From assembly GCA_002437495.1 (NCBI GenBank), contig DJQA01000008.1, positions 128,251 to 152,250 on the forward strand: a DNA stretch of 24,000 bases. Reading direction: 5' to 3'. The notes beneath the pieces are model-generated. The model was not told where the DNA came from. It made no database searches and was given only the letters and a program-made list of their open reading frames with translations. Source of the DNA: Prevotellaceae bacterium UBA6398 (GTDB lineage: Bacteria > Bacteroidota > Bacteroidia > Bacteroidales > Bacteroidaceae). Below are positions 9,030-16,473 of this stretch, piece after piece. Each line of letters begins with the position of its first letter. The first letter of the stretch is position 1. The position numbers and the translations under genes were made by a program.

Positions 9030-9091
9030 CTTTGCCTTATAAGGATTGGCGTTTGCGGCAAACTTCATCATGCCTTTTTACGCCAACCGCT

Positions 9092-11146
9092 TCACCATTT
9101 ATCCTCGGGTTTTGTACCGTTGTAAACGCTCTTGGGTACCCATTCTATGAAATCGGGACCGAAGTTTGCAGGACCGTTGAGCAGCGACTTCATACGCATA
9201 TAATATGTAACTCCGGGGCGGCAGTTCGCAGTTGTTACTATATGGCGCAATTTAGCCCCGCCCGGACCATAGTTTCGCCCACCTTCCGTAACATTTGTCG
9301 AGTTGAAGCCGAAACTGTTCGGGCACTTCATGAAAGTATGGTTGCGCATATTCTTGTCGTTCTCGCGGTTCACGTCGTTATCATCGGGATCGTCCTTTAT
9401 CCAGCCTATTACCGCCTTGTCGGGTTCTATGCGCGCATCAATGGGAAGCCCCACCGCCGTGAGATTGTTTGGGTCTTCCCCAAAATAGAACTGCAACATT
9501 CCGCGACCGCTGTCGTTGCAATAGCCAAGGCGCAATTCATATATTCCTTCGTATGGCACAGGTGGAAGCTGCCACGTTATGTCGTAATATCCTTCAAGCA
9601 CAAAGTCATCGGCCTCGTAGTTAAGCCAGTTGATGTTGTAGTTGTTTATGGATATGAGCAGCGTCTGGTCCGTGAATTTCACTTTGCGCAGATAGCCGGA
9701 GGGAATCATATTGTATATGTTTGTGGGCTGCTGGCGCAGGCCGTTCGTCATAAGCTCATGCTGCATTGTCTGCGTGTCCCAGCGCATACGCTCGTTAAGC
9801 ACCTTGTACCTTACAACATCGTCATATACAAGCACGCCGTCAATCATGTGGTAGAAACCGTTTAGAGCCTGGTTGTCGCGTGTGCCGTTGCCCGACTGCA
9901 CGAGGATTCCCTTTATGGGCACCTCCAGCTCGCGGTAGCTGTCATCGTCATACTCGCTGACATAGCGGTTAATCCTTATCCCTTCTGTCTGCTCGCCGAG
10001 CGTGAACTTCAATATGCGGTGTTCCTTGCCCATAGTCTCGTAATACTCGAACTTGTCTATACCGAGTTGCTCCGGGCGGTTGTATGAATAACCCAACTGT
10101 CCTTTGGTGATGACAATATTATTATATGCCATGCTCACGTCAACTATATGGTATCCCACAAACTGGTTCAAGGCGTTGTCAATACTCGTCGGGTCGTCCG
10201 ACGAAGCATCGGGATAGTATTCTTTCACCTTTTGGTTTATCACAGGCATAACCTCGTCCCAATTAACCACGTTGCCGCCCACAACCTCGAGCTTTATCCC
10301 CCATTCGGCCTCGAGCAAACTGTCGGGCTCAACAAATGCCGTATAACCCCAATTGTGATGTAGGGGTTCGTTGAGCCTTTCGCTGTACCATATATGTTTG
10401 TAGTTCTGCGGGTGATCTTGCAGCTCGTACTCGTCATCACGGTATTTTGCCATGCTGTCGCCCCACGAAGTAACCTCAAGCAGGTGTGAGAAGATTCGTG
10501 TATTGTCCTGCATTCCGAGAAGTCCGGGGAGCGTTGTCGATGCCGGCATTACCACATTGTCAACCACGTGCACCTGCCCGTTCTCCACCTCGTTGTCCGA
10601 GCTTATTATTCGCGAGAAAGTATTGATGCGGGTTATCACCTTGCCGCTATCGTTTGGCTGAAAGTTTATAACAATGTATCTGTCGGCCATGGTCTTAAGC
10701 TGCAGAACGCCCTCCTGGAAGTCGGTTGACTTGTAAGCCTCTACATCACCGTTGTCAATTATGCTGTTGAACACTATAACCTGCGCCAGGGAGTCGCTAA
10801 CCAAGTTTATGTCATAATTGCTTTGGTTTTCAACCGAGTCAACAAACTCTTGTATTGCATCGTTTGTAGGAATGAAACACGTGTAGTTGCCACGGCTTTC
10901 GAGCATGTGGTCCATTGTGGAGCCGCGACCCATTCCGGAACGTGCCTTTTTGAGCAGAATTAGGTATTTGCTCAATTCGGGCTGCTCCTTGACGAAATCC
11001 GCGGCACTCTGCCCTGTGAAAACATAAAGATTCGACTCGTCAATTTTATCCGAACACGAACCGAGCGTTATTCCGGCAACCAACAAAGACACCGCAAGCA
11101 CAAAACGTGCTATCCCTTTTGCAACAATGCAGTCTGAAATTTTCAT
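9092..11146 (-). CDS. Surface lipoprotein with an N-terminal fasciclin (FAS1)-like domain
   Basis: 684-aa ORF with lipoprotein signal ..LLVAGITLGSC followed by SDKIDE. It carries an FAS1 H1 motif (YTCFIPTNDAIQEF), an H2 motif (ENGQVHVVDNVVMP) and a second H2-like motif (LNGFYHMIDGVLVY). I could not assign the C-terminal ~350 aa to a family. Confidence 0.65.
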   Translation of the reverse strand: MKISDCIVAKGIARFVLAVSLLVAGITLGSCSDKIDESNLYVFTGQSAADFVKEQPELSKYLILLKKARSGMGRGSTMDHMLESRGNYTCFIPTNDAIQEFVDSVENQSNYDINLVSDSLAQVIVFNSIIDNGDVEAYKSTDFQEGVLQLKTMADRYIVINFQPNDSGKVITRINTFSRIISSDNEVENGQVHVVDNVVMPASTTLPGLLGMQDNTRIFSHLLEVTSWGDSMAKYRDDEYELQDHPQNYKHIWYSERLNEPLHHNWGYTAFVEPDSLLEAEWGIKLEVVGGNVVNWDEVMPVINQKVKEYYPDASSDDPTSIDNALNQFVGYHIVDVSMAYNNIVITKGQLGYSYNRPEQLGIDKFEYYETMGKEHRILKFTLGEQTEGIRINRYVSEYDDDSYRELEVPIKGILVQSGNGTRDNQALNGFYHMIDGVLVYDDVVRYKVLNERMRWDTQTMQHELMTNGLRQQPTNIYNMIPSGYLRKVKFTDQTLLISINNYNINWLNYEADDFVLEGYYDITWQLPPVPYEGIYELRLGYCNDSGRGMLQFYFGEDPNNLTAVGLPIDARIEPDKAVIGWIKDDPDDNDVNRENDKNMRNHTFMKCPNSFGFNSTNVTEGGRNYGPGGAKLRHIVTTANCRPGVTYYMRMKSLLNGPANFGPDFIEWVPKSVYNGTKPEDKW

Positions 11147-11269
11147 TTTTATTATTTTACATTTTACGCTTCGAATTTAGAAATTTTTCATCAAAGCGCA
11201 AAGGCAAATTTGAATTTTTCAATAAAGTAATTCTCCACCGGGGCTTATGCCGCACATTTTGCACGAAAT

Positions 11270-11526
11270 CTGCCGTTCTGTATGCCGCGCCGTGCCGACG
11301 GATGCCAATGTACTTCAAGCGGCGGAGTAAAGGGCGTATGCCATACGCCACATAAATACACCGCTCATAATCAACCAACAAATTGCGCCGCTGTAGGGGC
11401 GTATGGCATACGCCCTGAATTGAGCGGATTTGCGGCGTTTGGGCAGCAGTTTGCGACGCGGTTCAAGCGGCGGGGTAAAGGGCGTATGCCATACGCCCCT
11501 ACAATTTCCGCAAAACCAATACCGCC
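11270..11526 (+). repeat. REP/BIME-like cluster, copy B (three GC hairpins in + / inverted / + orientation)
   Basis: Hairpins lie at 11332-11349, 11392-11416 (TGTAGGGGCGTATGGCATACGCCCT) and 11480-11498. Positions 11392-11416 are a perfect 25-nt reverse complement of 11479-11503. The flanks are shared with copies A and E. Confidence 0.85.
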
Positions 11527-11547
11527 CGTTCTTTCTCAAACACTCCC

Positions 11548-11668
11548 AAAATTATATCTGACATCGGAAAAACTACATAGGACGTAGAAAAAATTATGTC
11601 TGATATAATTCAAATTACATCAGACCTTTTTTCGGCCATTACAATCCGCTGAAAAACAAATCGTTATG
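11548..11668 (+). repeat. Phased 21-nt mini-palindrome array plus T-run plus tail, copy B
   Basis: Units are AAAATTATATCTGACATCGG, AAAAACTACATAGGACGTAGA, AAAAATTATGTCTGATATAAT and TCAAATTACATCAGACC followed by T6 (11627-11632). The tail is ..GCTGAAAAACAAATCG. Confidence 0.85.
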
Positions 11669-11783
11669 TGTCTTTCTGTTTGTTTGTGCATTTTTCTGAA
11701 AATCAAAATCTTACGCAAGCCGGAGCGCTCGTGTATCAATCAAAAGCCTAACGGCAAAACTCCGTGTGCATACACAAAACAAA

Positions 11784-11814
11784 GCTGTCGCGAAGCGCGA
11801 AACTTCACGACAGC
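11784..11814 (-). terminator. Candidate intrinsic terminator after the YfhO-like gene
   Basis: The minus strand reads GCTGTCG-(17 nt)-CGACAGC followed by TTTGTTTTGTGT. The arms are at 11814-11808 and 11790-11784. It lies 24 nt past the stop at 11838. Confidence 0.5.
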
Positions 11815-11837
11815 CTTGCTCTGTATATATCAAATGC

Positions 11838-14438
11838 TTATTTTACGGCAGACACACCCTTTTTGCGGCGCAACGACACAACCACCGCCATAACGAGCGC
11901 GAGAAGCATTACGGCAAGAGCCGCATAGGCTACAGCCTCTGTGGTGTGGAGCGACTGCGGGTCGAACTTCAGGACGAGCGTATGCTGCCCCGCGGAAACC
12001 CTTAGCGCACGCAGCACATAGTCGACACGTCCTATGGGAATGTCCTTGCCATCGAGCGTTGCCGTCCATCCCGGATAGTAAATTTCCGAAAGCACAACCA
12101 CACCGCCGCCACGCGAGTTGAGCTTGTATGTAAGCTCATTCGGCTCGTATGCCGTAAGCGTGATTTTAGCCGTTGTGTCGGCGGCGGCATTCGCATACGC
12201 CGCGCCAAGCTCCTTTTCGAACTCCTTGTCGGCCACGGCCTCAACGCGGCGGTTTATATTCTTGAGCAGGGACATCTCGGCTTTTGCCCCGTCAACATAT
12301 GTCAGCTTGCCAACAAACCACGCATTGCCATAGGCGCACGGGTTCTGAATAGGAACGGTTTTACCGTCCTGCAAAGGCAGTATAAAATACTTGCCGTTCA
12401 ACATATTTATTGTGGGGCATATCGAGTCGGCATTGAATTTCGAGAAATCGCCGCCGGTTTGCGGTATCACCTTCATAAGTTCCTGCATTTCGGGCACTAT
12501 ACACTGCGTTATCAAATCCTGGTAACGTCCGAGCTTGGCTGCGTGGTAGCCTCCTATGCTCTTGTGCCAGTACGATGTCTCATTCTCGTTGAAAGTGTCG
12601 GACGCAAAGTTAAGCACACGATAGTCAAGGCTCTTGTCCTGCAATATCCGCTCATCGGTCTCGGTTTTGGCAAACACCTGCTGCTTTTGCAGCGGGTCAA
12701 CGAACATTTCGTTGTTAAGATACCTGCGGTTCACGCCCCACATATCCACGAGACAAAGCGCCGTTACGGCAACAACCATCCATGTAGCCTTCAACTTTCC
12801 GCTGCGATATATCATAAGTATTGCCATGCCAACGGCTATAACCCAAAAACTTCTCCAGGCATCGGCAGAGAGTATGGAGTGGCGTATTGCCGTTATGTCG
12901 GCTGAGAAAGAGTTAACCGTTTCGGGCGGTATTATCCCGCGCAGCTCATTCAGCACGTGGTGCTCGCCACTCGTGAGGCAGTCGCCGAAGAACGTTCCGG
13001 GCATCACCGCAAACAAAACGCACAACCCCGCCGTTACCCCGAACGATATGTAAAGCGGTATAGGTTTCTTGCGCAGCAGGTCCGGCTCCGATGCAATTCG
13101 CGACAGCGTGAGTGCGGCGAGCAGAGGAATTGCGAACTCGGCAACAACAAGGATTGACGATACGGCGCGGAATTTATTGTACATCGGGAAATTGTCAATC
13201 ATCCAGTTTGTGAACGCAGGGAAGTTATGCCCCCACGAAAGCAGCATGGAAAGCACCATGAGCAGCATGAGGCTACGGCTAACCGCTCCTTTTAAATAGA
13301 AAAGCGATAGGACGAAAAGCATGCACACAAATGCGCCAACGTACACAGGGCCCGAGGTTCCCGGTTGTTCGCCCCAGTATTGCGATAGTCCCGGTGTGCT
13401 TCCCCCGAGCTGCGGGTAAAGCTGCTGCAGAGTCTGCATATACTCGGCGAAGTGGGAGTTTGCCTGCGCTTTCTCGTTTGCCGTGAGTGCGCCGCTTGCA
13501 CCTCCTTTAACGTTAGGCACGAGGAGCGAGAAAGTCTCCCCCTTGCCGTAGCTCCACTGAGTGATGTATTCCTTCGACAGTCCCGATGAGGCTTTCTTGC
13601 CCCCTTCGGCGGGAGACGCGAGCTCGCTGCTGCCGCGCATGGTTTGCTTGCTGTACTGGTACGTGTGGTAAAGGTTCGACGAGTTCACCGCCACGCCGAC
13701 CAGCGAAGCCGCCACAAAAACGCCCACGCCCTTTGCAAACCTTGCAAGCTGCCTCTCCCTCACCGCCGTAATAAGGAAGCCGAGAGACATAAGCACCATG
13801 GCGAAGATGAAGTAGTATGTCATCTGCAAGTGGTTCGACAAAATCTGCCACGCAATGAAAAACATTGTCATCACTCCGCCCCACAGGTATTTTCCGCGAT
13901 AGCAAAGCACCATTCCCGCCACCGTGGGAGGGATGAATGCAAGCGTAAGCACTTTCCAAAGGTGCCCCGCCCCTATTATTATGAAGAAATACGACGAAAA
14001 CGCCCATGCCACCGCGCCGAAAACCGCCACGGAGGGGCGTGCGCGGAACGTGCGCATAAGGATGTAGAAACCCAGAAGAAGGATGAACACATACATTGCG
14101 CAGTCGGTCAGACCTAGTTCGTACACCCTTTCAAGCCCCGACAAAACACTGCGCGACTTGTAGCTCGGCGCTATCTGATACGTCGGCATACCGCTGAAGA
14201 GGGCGTTCGTCCAACGGGTGTCGTTGCCCGTGCGTTCGAGATATTCCATTCTTTCGCGCCCCGCGCCCACGCCGCCTGTGATGTCGTTGCCCGAAAGCAC
14301 CAGTCCCTGGGTCATGGGAGTGATGAAATACGCCACAGACACGAGCACAAACAGCACAACAGCCACCGCGTCGGGCGCAATGCGCCTCAGCCACGGGCTG
14401 CCCTGCTTTGCCTTTTGGTTTTCGCTGTTCATATTCAT
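11838..14438 (-). CDS. YfhO-like polytopic membrane protein (putative GT-C-type glycosyltransferase)
   Basis: 866-aa ORF with many predicted TM helices in the first ~560 aa, then a soluble domain and a terminal TM helix. The N-terminal pattern (..FITPMTQGLVLSGNDITGGVGAGRERMEYLERTGNDTRWTNALFSGMPTYQI) resembles Bacteroidetes YfhO-family proteins as I recall them. The family assignment is unverified. Confidence 0.55.
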   Translation of the reverse strand: MNMNSENQKAKQGSPWLRRIAPDAVAVVLFVLVSVAYFITPMTQGLVLSGNDITGGVGAGRERMEYLERTGNDTRWTNALFSGMPTYQIAPSYKSRSVLSGLERVYELGLTDCAMYVFILLLGFYILMRTFRARPSVAVFGAVAWAFSSYFFIIIGAGHLWKVLTLAFIPPTVAGMVLCYRGKYLWGGVMTMFFIAWQILSNHLQMTYYFIFAMVLMSLGFLITAVRERQLARFAKGVGVFVAASLVGVAVNSSNLYHTYQYSKQTMRGSSELASPAEGGKKASSGLSKEYITQWSYGKGETFSLLVPNVKGGASGALTANEKAQANSHFAEYMQTLQQLYPQLGGSTPGLSQYWGEQPGTSGPVYVGAFVCMLFVLSLFYLKGAVSRSLMLLMVLSMLLSWGHNFPAFTNWMIDNFPMYNKFRAVSSILVVAEFAIPLLAALTLSRIASEPDLLRKKPIPLYISFGVTAGLCVLFAVMPGTFFGDCLTSGEHHVLNELRGIIPPETVNSFSADITAIRHSILSADAWRSFWVIAVGMAILMIYRSGKLKATWMVVAVTALCLVDMWGVNRRYLNNEMFVDPLQKQQVFAKTETDERILQDKSLDYRVLNFASDTFNENETSYWHKSIGGYHAAKLGRYQDLITQCIVPEMQELMKVIPQTGGDFSKFNADSICPTINMLNGKYFILPLQDGKTVPIQNPCAYGNAWFVGKLTYVDGAKAEMSLLKNINRRVEAVADKEFEKELGAAYANAAADTTAKITLTAYEPNELTYKLNSRGGGVVVLSEIYYPGWTATLDGKDIPIGRVDYVLRALRVSAGQHTLVLKFDPQSLHTTEAVAYAALAVMLLALVMAVVVSLRRKKGVSAVK

Positions 14439-14460
14439 TATATATTATATGACGGTAAAC

Positions 14461-14487
14461 GGAGAAGCGGCGCTTTGCCGCGTCTCC
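14461..14487 (-). terminator. GC-rich hairpin between ahcY and the YfhO-like gene (weak terminator or attenuator candidate)
   Basis: GGAGAaGCGGCgctttGCCGCgTCTCC sits in the 60-nt gap. The U-tract on the minus strand is poor (GTTTACC), so read-through co-transcription is plausible. Confidence 0.3.
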
Positions 14488-14498
14488 GCCATTACTTT

Positions 14499-15914
14499 TT
14501 AATATCTGTAGAAATCGGCTTTGTAAGGACCGTCAACTTTCACGCCGATATAGTCGGCCTGTTCCTTGGAAAGCTTGCTGAGGTGTGCGCCGACACTTGC
14601 AAGGTGCAGACGCGCCACTTCTTCGTCGAGCGACTTGGGAAGGCGGTAAACGCCAACCTCGTATTTCTTGTTGAAAAGTTCAATCTGCGCAAGAGTTTGG
14701 TTTGTGAACGAGTTGCTCATCACAAAGCTCGGATGCCCGGTGGCGCAACCGAGGTTCACAAGGCGGCCGTCGGCAAGCAGCGTTATGTGGTGTCCGTCGG
14801 GGAACTGGTAGCTGTCCACCTGCGGTTTGATGTTCTCGTGCTTTATGCCGGGAACTTTCTTCAGCTTCTCAACCTGAATTTCGCTGTCAAAGTGTCCGAT
14901 GTTGCACACTATGGCCTCATCGGGCATCTGCTTCATGTGTTCCACCGTTATAACGTCGATGTTGCCCGTTGTGGTAACGAAAATGTTGCCCACCGGCGCA
15001 GCCTCCTCCATGGTAACCACCTTGAAGCCCTCCATTGCGGCCTGAAGGGCGCAAATCGGGTCAATCTCGGTTACAAGCACGCGTGCGCCATACGAGCGCA
15101 GGCTCTGGGCGCAGCCCTTGCCCACTTCGCCGTAGCCGGCAACCACAGCCACCTTGCCGGCAACCATCACGTCGGTTGCGCGCTTTATGCCGTCAACCAG
15201 CGACTCGCGGCAGCCGTAAAGGTTGTCGAACTTGCTCTTGGTAACACTGTCGTTCACGTTGAAAGCCGGGAAAAGCAACTCGCCCCTCTCGGCCATCTGA
15301 TACAGACGGTGCACGCCGGTTGTAGTCTCCTCGCTCACGCCGCGTATTTCCCTGGCGGTCTTTGCCCAGCGTTCGGGGTCGGCAGCAAGAACCTTCTTGA
15401 GAATTTCCTTGAGTGCAGCCTCGTCTCCGCTCCCGCTCGGAGTGTCGAGCACGGAAGCGTCCTTCTCGGCCTTTGCGCCGAGGTGTATCATGAGGGTTGC
15501 GTCGCCGCCGTCGTCAACAATCATGTTGGGCAGCTTGCCTCCGGGGAAGTTCATCGCCTGAAGCGTGCACCACCAATAGTCCTCAAGGCTCTCGCCCTTC
15601 CATGCGAACACGCCCACGCCCATGTCGGCAATAGCCGCTGCGGCATGGTCCTGGGTGCTGTATATGTTGCACGAGCACCAGCGCACCTCGGCCCCGAGAG
15701 CCACAAGGGTCTTTATGAGCACGGCGGTCTGTATGGTCATGTGCAGCGAGCCCATTACACGCGCCCCTTTCAATGGCTTAGAGCCGCCATACTTTGCCTG
15801 CAAGGCCATCAGACCCGGCATCTCGTGTTCTGCTATACGAATTTCCTTGCGGCCGAAATCGGCCAAACCGATATCTGCCACCTTGTAGGGCAGAGCGGAA
15901 AACAGTTCTTCCAT
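14499..15914 (-). CDS. ahcY: Adenosylhomocysteinase (S-adenosyl-L-homocysteine hydrolase)
   Basis: The 471-aa ORF looks like AhcY along its full length. Examples: [49 protein letters not shown], the NAD site [24 protein letters not shown], and C-terminal ..[10 protein letters not shown]. Confidence 0.97.
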   Translation of the reverse strand: MEELFSALPYKVADIGLADFGRKEIRIAEHEMPGLMALQAKYGGSKPLKGARVMGSLHMTIQTAVLIKTLVALGAEVRWCSCNIYSTQDHAAAAIADMGVGVFAWKGESLEDYWWCTLQAMNFPGGKLPNMIVDDGGDATLMIHLGAKAEKDASVLDTPSGSGDEAALKEILKKVLAADPERWAKTAREIRGVSEETTTGVHRLYQMAERGELLFPAFNVNDSVTKSKFDNLYGCRESLVDGIKRATDVMVAGKVAVVAGYGEVGKGCAQSLRSYGARVLVTEIDPICALQAAMEGFKVVTMEEAAPVGNIFVTTTGNIDVITVEHMKQMPDEAIVCNIGHFDSEIQVEKLKKVPGIKHENIKPQVDSYQFPDGHHITLLADGRLVNLGCATGHPSFVMSNSFTNQTLAQIELFNKKYEVGVYRLPKSLDEEVARLHLASVGAHLSKLSKEQADYIGVKVDGPYKADFYRY

Positions 15915-15949
15915 TCTTATATTATATTGTATATGTTTCTAATTGGAAG

Positions 15950-15957
15950 CAAAGATA
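15950..15957 (-). promoter_or_regulatory. Candidate -7 box (TATCTTTG) of the ahcY promoter
   Basis: The minus strand reads ..ttttttatagcTATCTTTGcttcc.., which matches TAnnTTTG. It lies about 36 nt upstream of the ATG at 15914. No clean -33 TTTG sits at the expected spacing. Confidence 0.4.
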
Positions 15958-16049
15958 GCTATAAAAAACGAGAAACGGAAAAGGCGGGGGAAAGGTGTGT
16001 GAGCCGGGGATAAGGTGCTTCAAAAATTCGGGCATGATTGCGCGGTATG

Positions 16050-16115
16050 CATCTGCGGTTCGGGCGATGGCATACATGGCGCGTGGCATGCGCCCCTGCA
16101 AATGTCGCAAAGCGC
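16050..16115 (+). repeat. Degenerate REP-like module, copy C
   Basis: GCGTGGCATGCGCCCCTGCAAATGTCGCAAAGC aligns with GCGTATGCAATACGCCCCTACAAATGGCGCAAAAC of copy E, but the palindrome is eroded. Confidence 0.5.
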
Positions 16116-16145
16116 AAATCGATTGCCCTTGGCAAAACACGCATA

Positions 16146-16266
16146 ATACCATATGGGACATAGAAAAAACCATGTCCCATGTAGAAAAAATCATGTCTGA
16201 TGTAATTAAAACTACATCAAACCTTTTTTTGCCCATTTCAAGTCCTTGAAAAACAAAAACTTGCAC
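16146..16266 (+). repeat. Phased 21-nt mini-palindrome array plus T-run plus tail, copy C
   Basis: Units are CCATATGGGACATAGA, AAAAACCATGTCCCATGTAGA, AAAAATCATGTCTGATGTAAT and TAAAACTACATCAAACC followed by T7 (16224-16230). The tail CCTTGAAAAACAAAAACTTGCA lies at 16244-16265. Confidence 0.8.
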
Positions 16267-16351
16267 TTTATTGCTTATACGTTGTCTTCTTCTTGAAAAC
16301 CAGCATCTTACGGAAATTTCCGCAATATGCGCCAAGCGCATGACACGCCCC

Positions 16352-16371
16352 AAAAAACGCAGCCCGGCTGC
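16352..16371 (-). terminator. Candidate intrinsic terminator of the redox operon
   Basis: The minus strand reads GCAGCCgGGCTGC (16371-16359) followed by GTTTTTTGGGG, with the T6 at 16357-16352. It is about 100 nt past the stop at 16474. Confidence 0.45.
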
Positions 16372-16473
16372 ATTGCCAAAGCTGCTGATTGTTTCGTGTT
16401 GTGGCTGGCGCTTATTTGTCCACACACGCCCACACGGTGAAATGGTTCTATTAAGTTTATTTTCCTCCCTTAC

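Noticed and set aside
9032-9865. 277-aa plus-strand ORF, plus similar ORFs at 16989-17669, 17096-17569, 17977-18663, 1471-2013, 6145-6573 and 12459-13053
   Set aside because: All are antisense to, and nested in, much longer minus-strand ORFs that have clear family signatures. None has motifs or plausible start context.
11282-11587. ORFs with recurring peptides KGRMPYAPTISAKPIPP, VGAYGIRPEL and RAYAIRPYSG (also 8595-8825, 11107-11355, 11315-11539, 23642-23905, 23654-23851)
   Set aside because: These are translation artefacts of the REP-like GC hairpins. The same DNA repeat is read in different frames and on different strands, ORF boundaries are not conserved between copies, and the ORFs overlap one another.
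14415-16013. 532-aa ORF on the plus strand
   Set aside because: It is entirely antisense to the unambiguous ahcY gene. The translation is Ala/Val/His/Gly/Leu-rich with no recognisable motifs, which is the typical shadow ORF of a GC-rich, codon-biased gene.
15915-16140. SAH riboswitch or other leader upstream of ahcY
   Set aside because: The best promoter candidate leaves a leader of only about 30 nt. I see no SAH-riboswitch-like conserved pseudoknot sequence in the 230 nt upstream.
16311-16341. Short perfect palindromes CGGAAATTTCCG (16311-16322) and ATGCGCcaaGCGCAT (16327-16341) between repeat copy C and the operon terminator
   Set aside because: They are single occurrences and too short to separate from chance or from decayed repeat sequence. 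They are noted only as possible operator-like sites with no further support.
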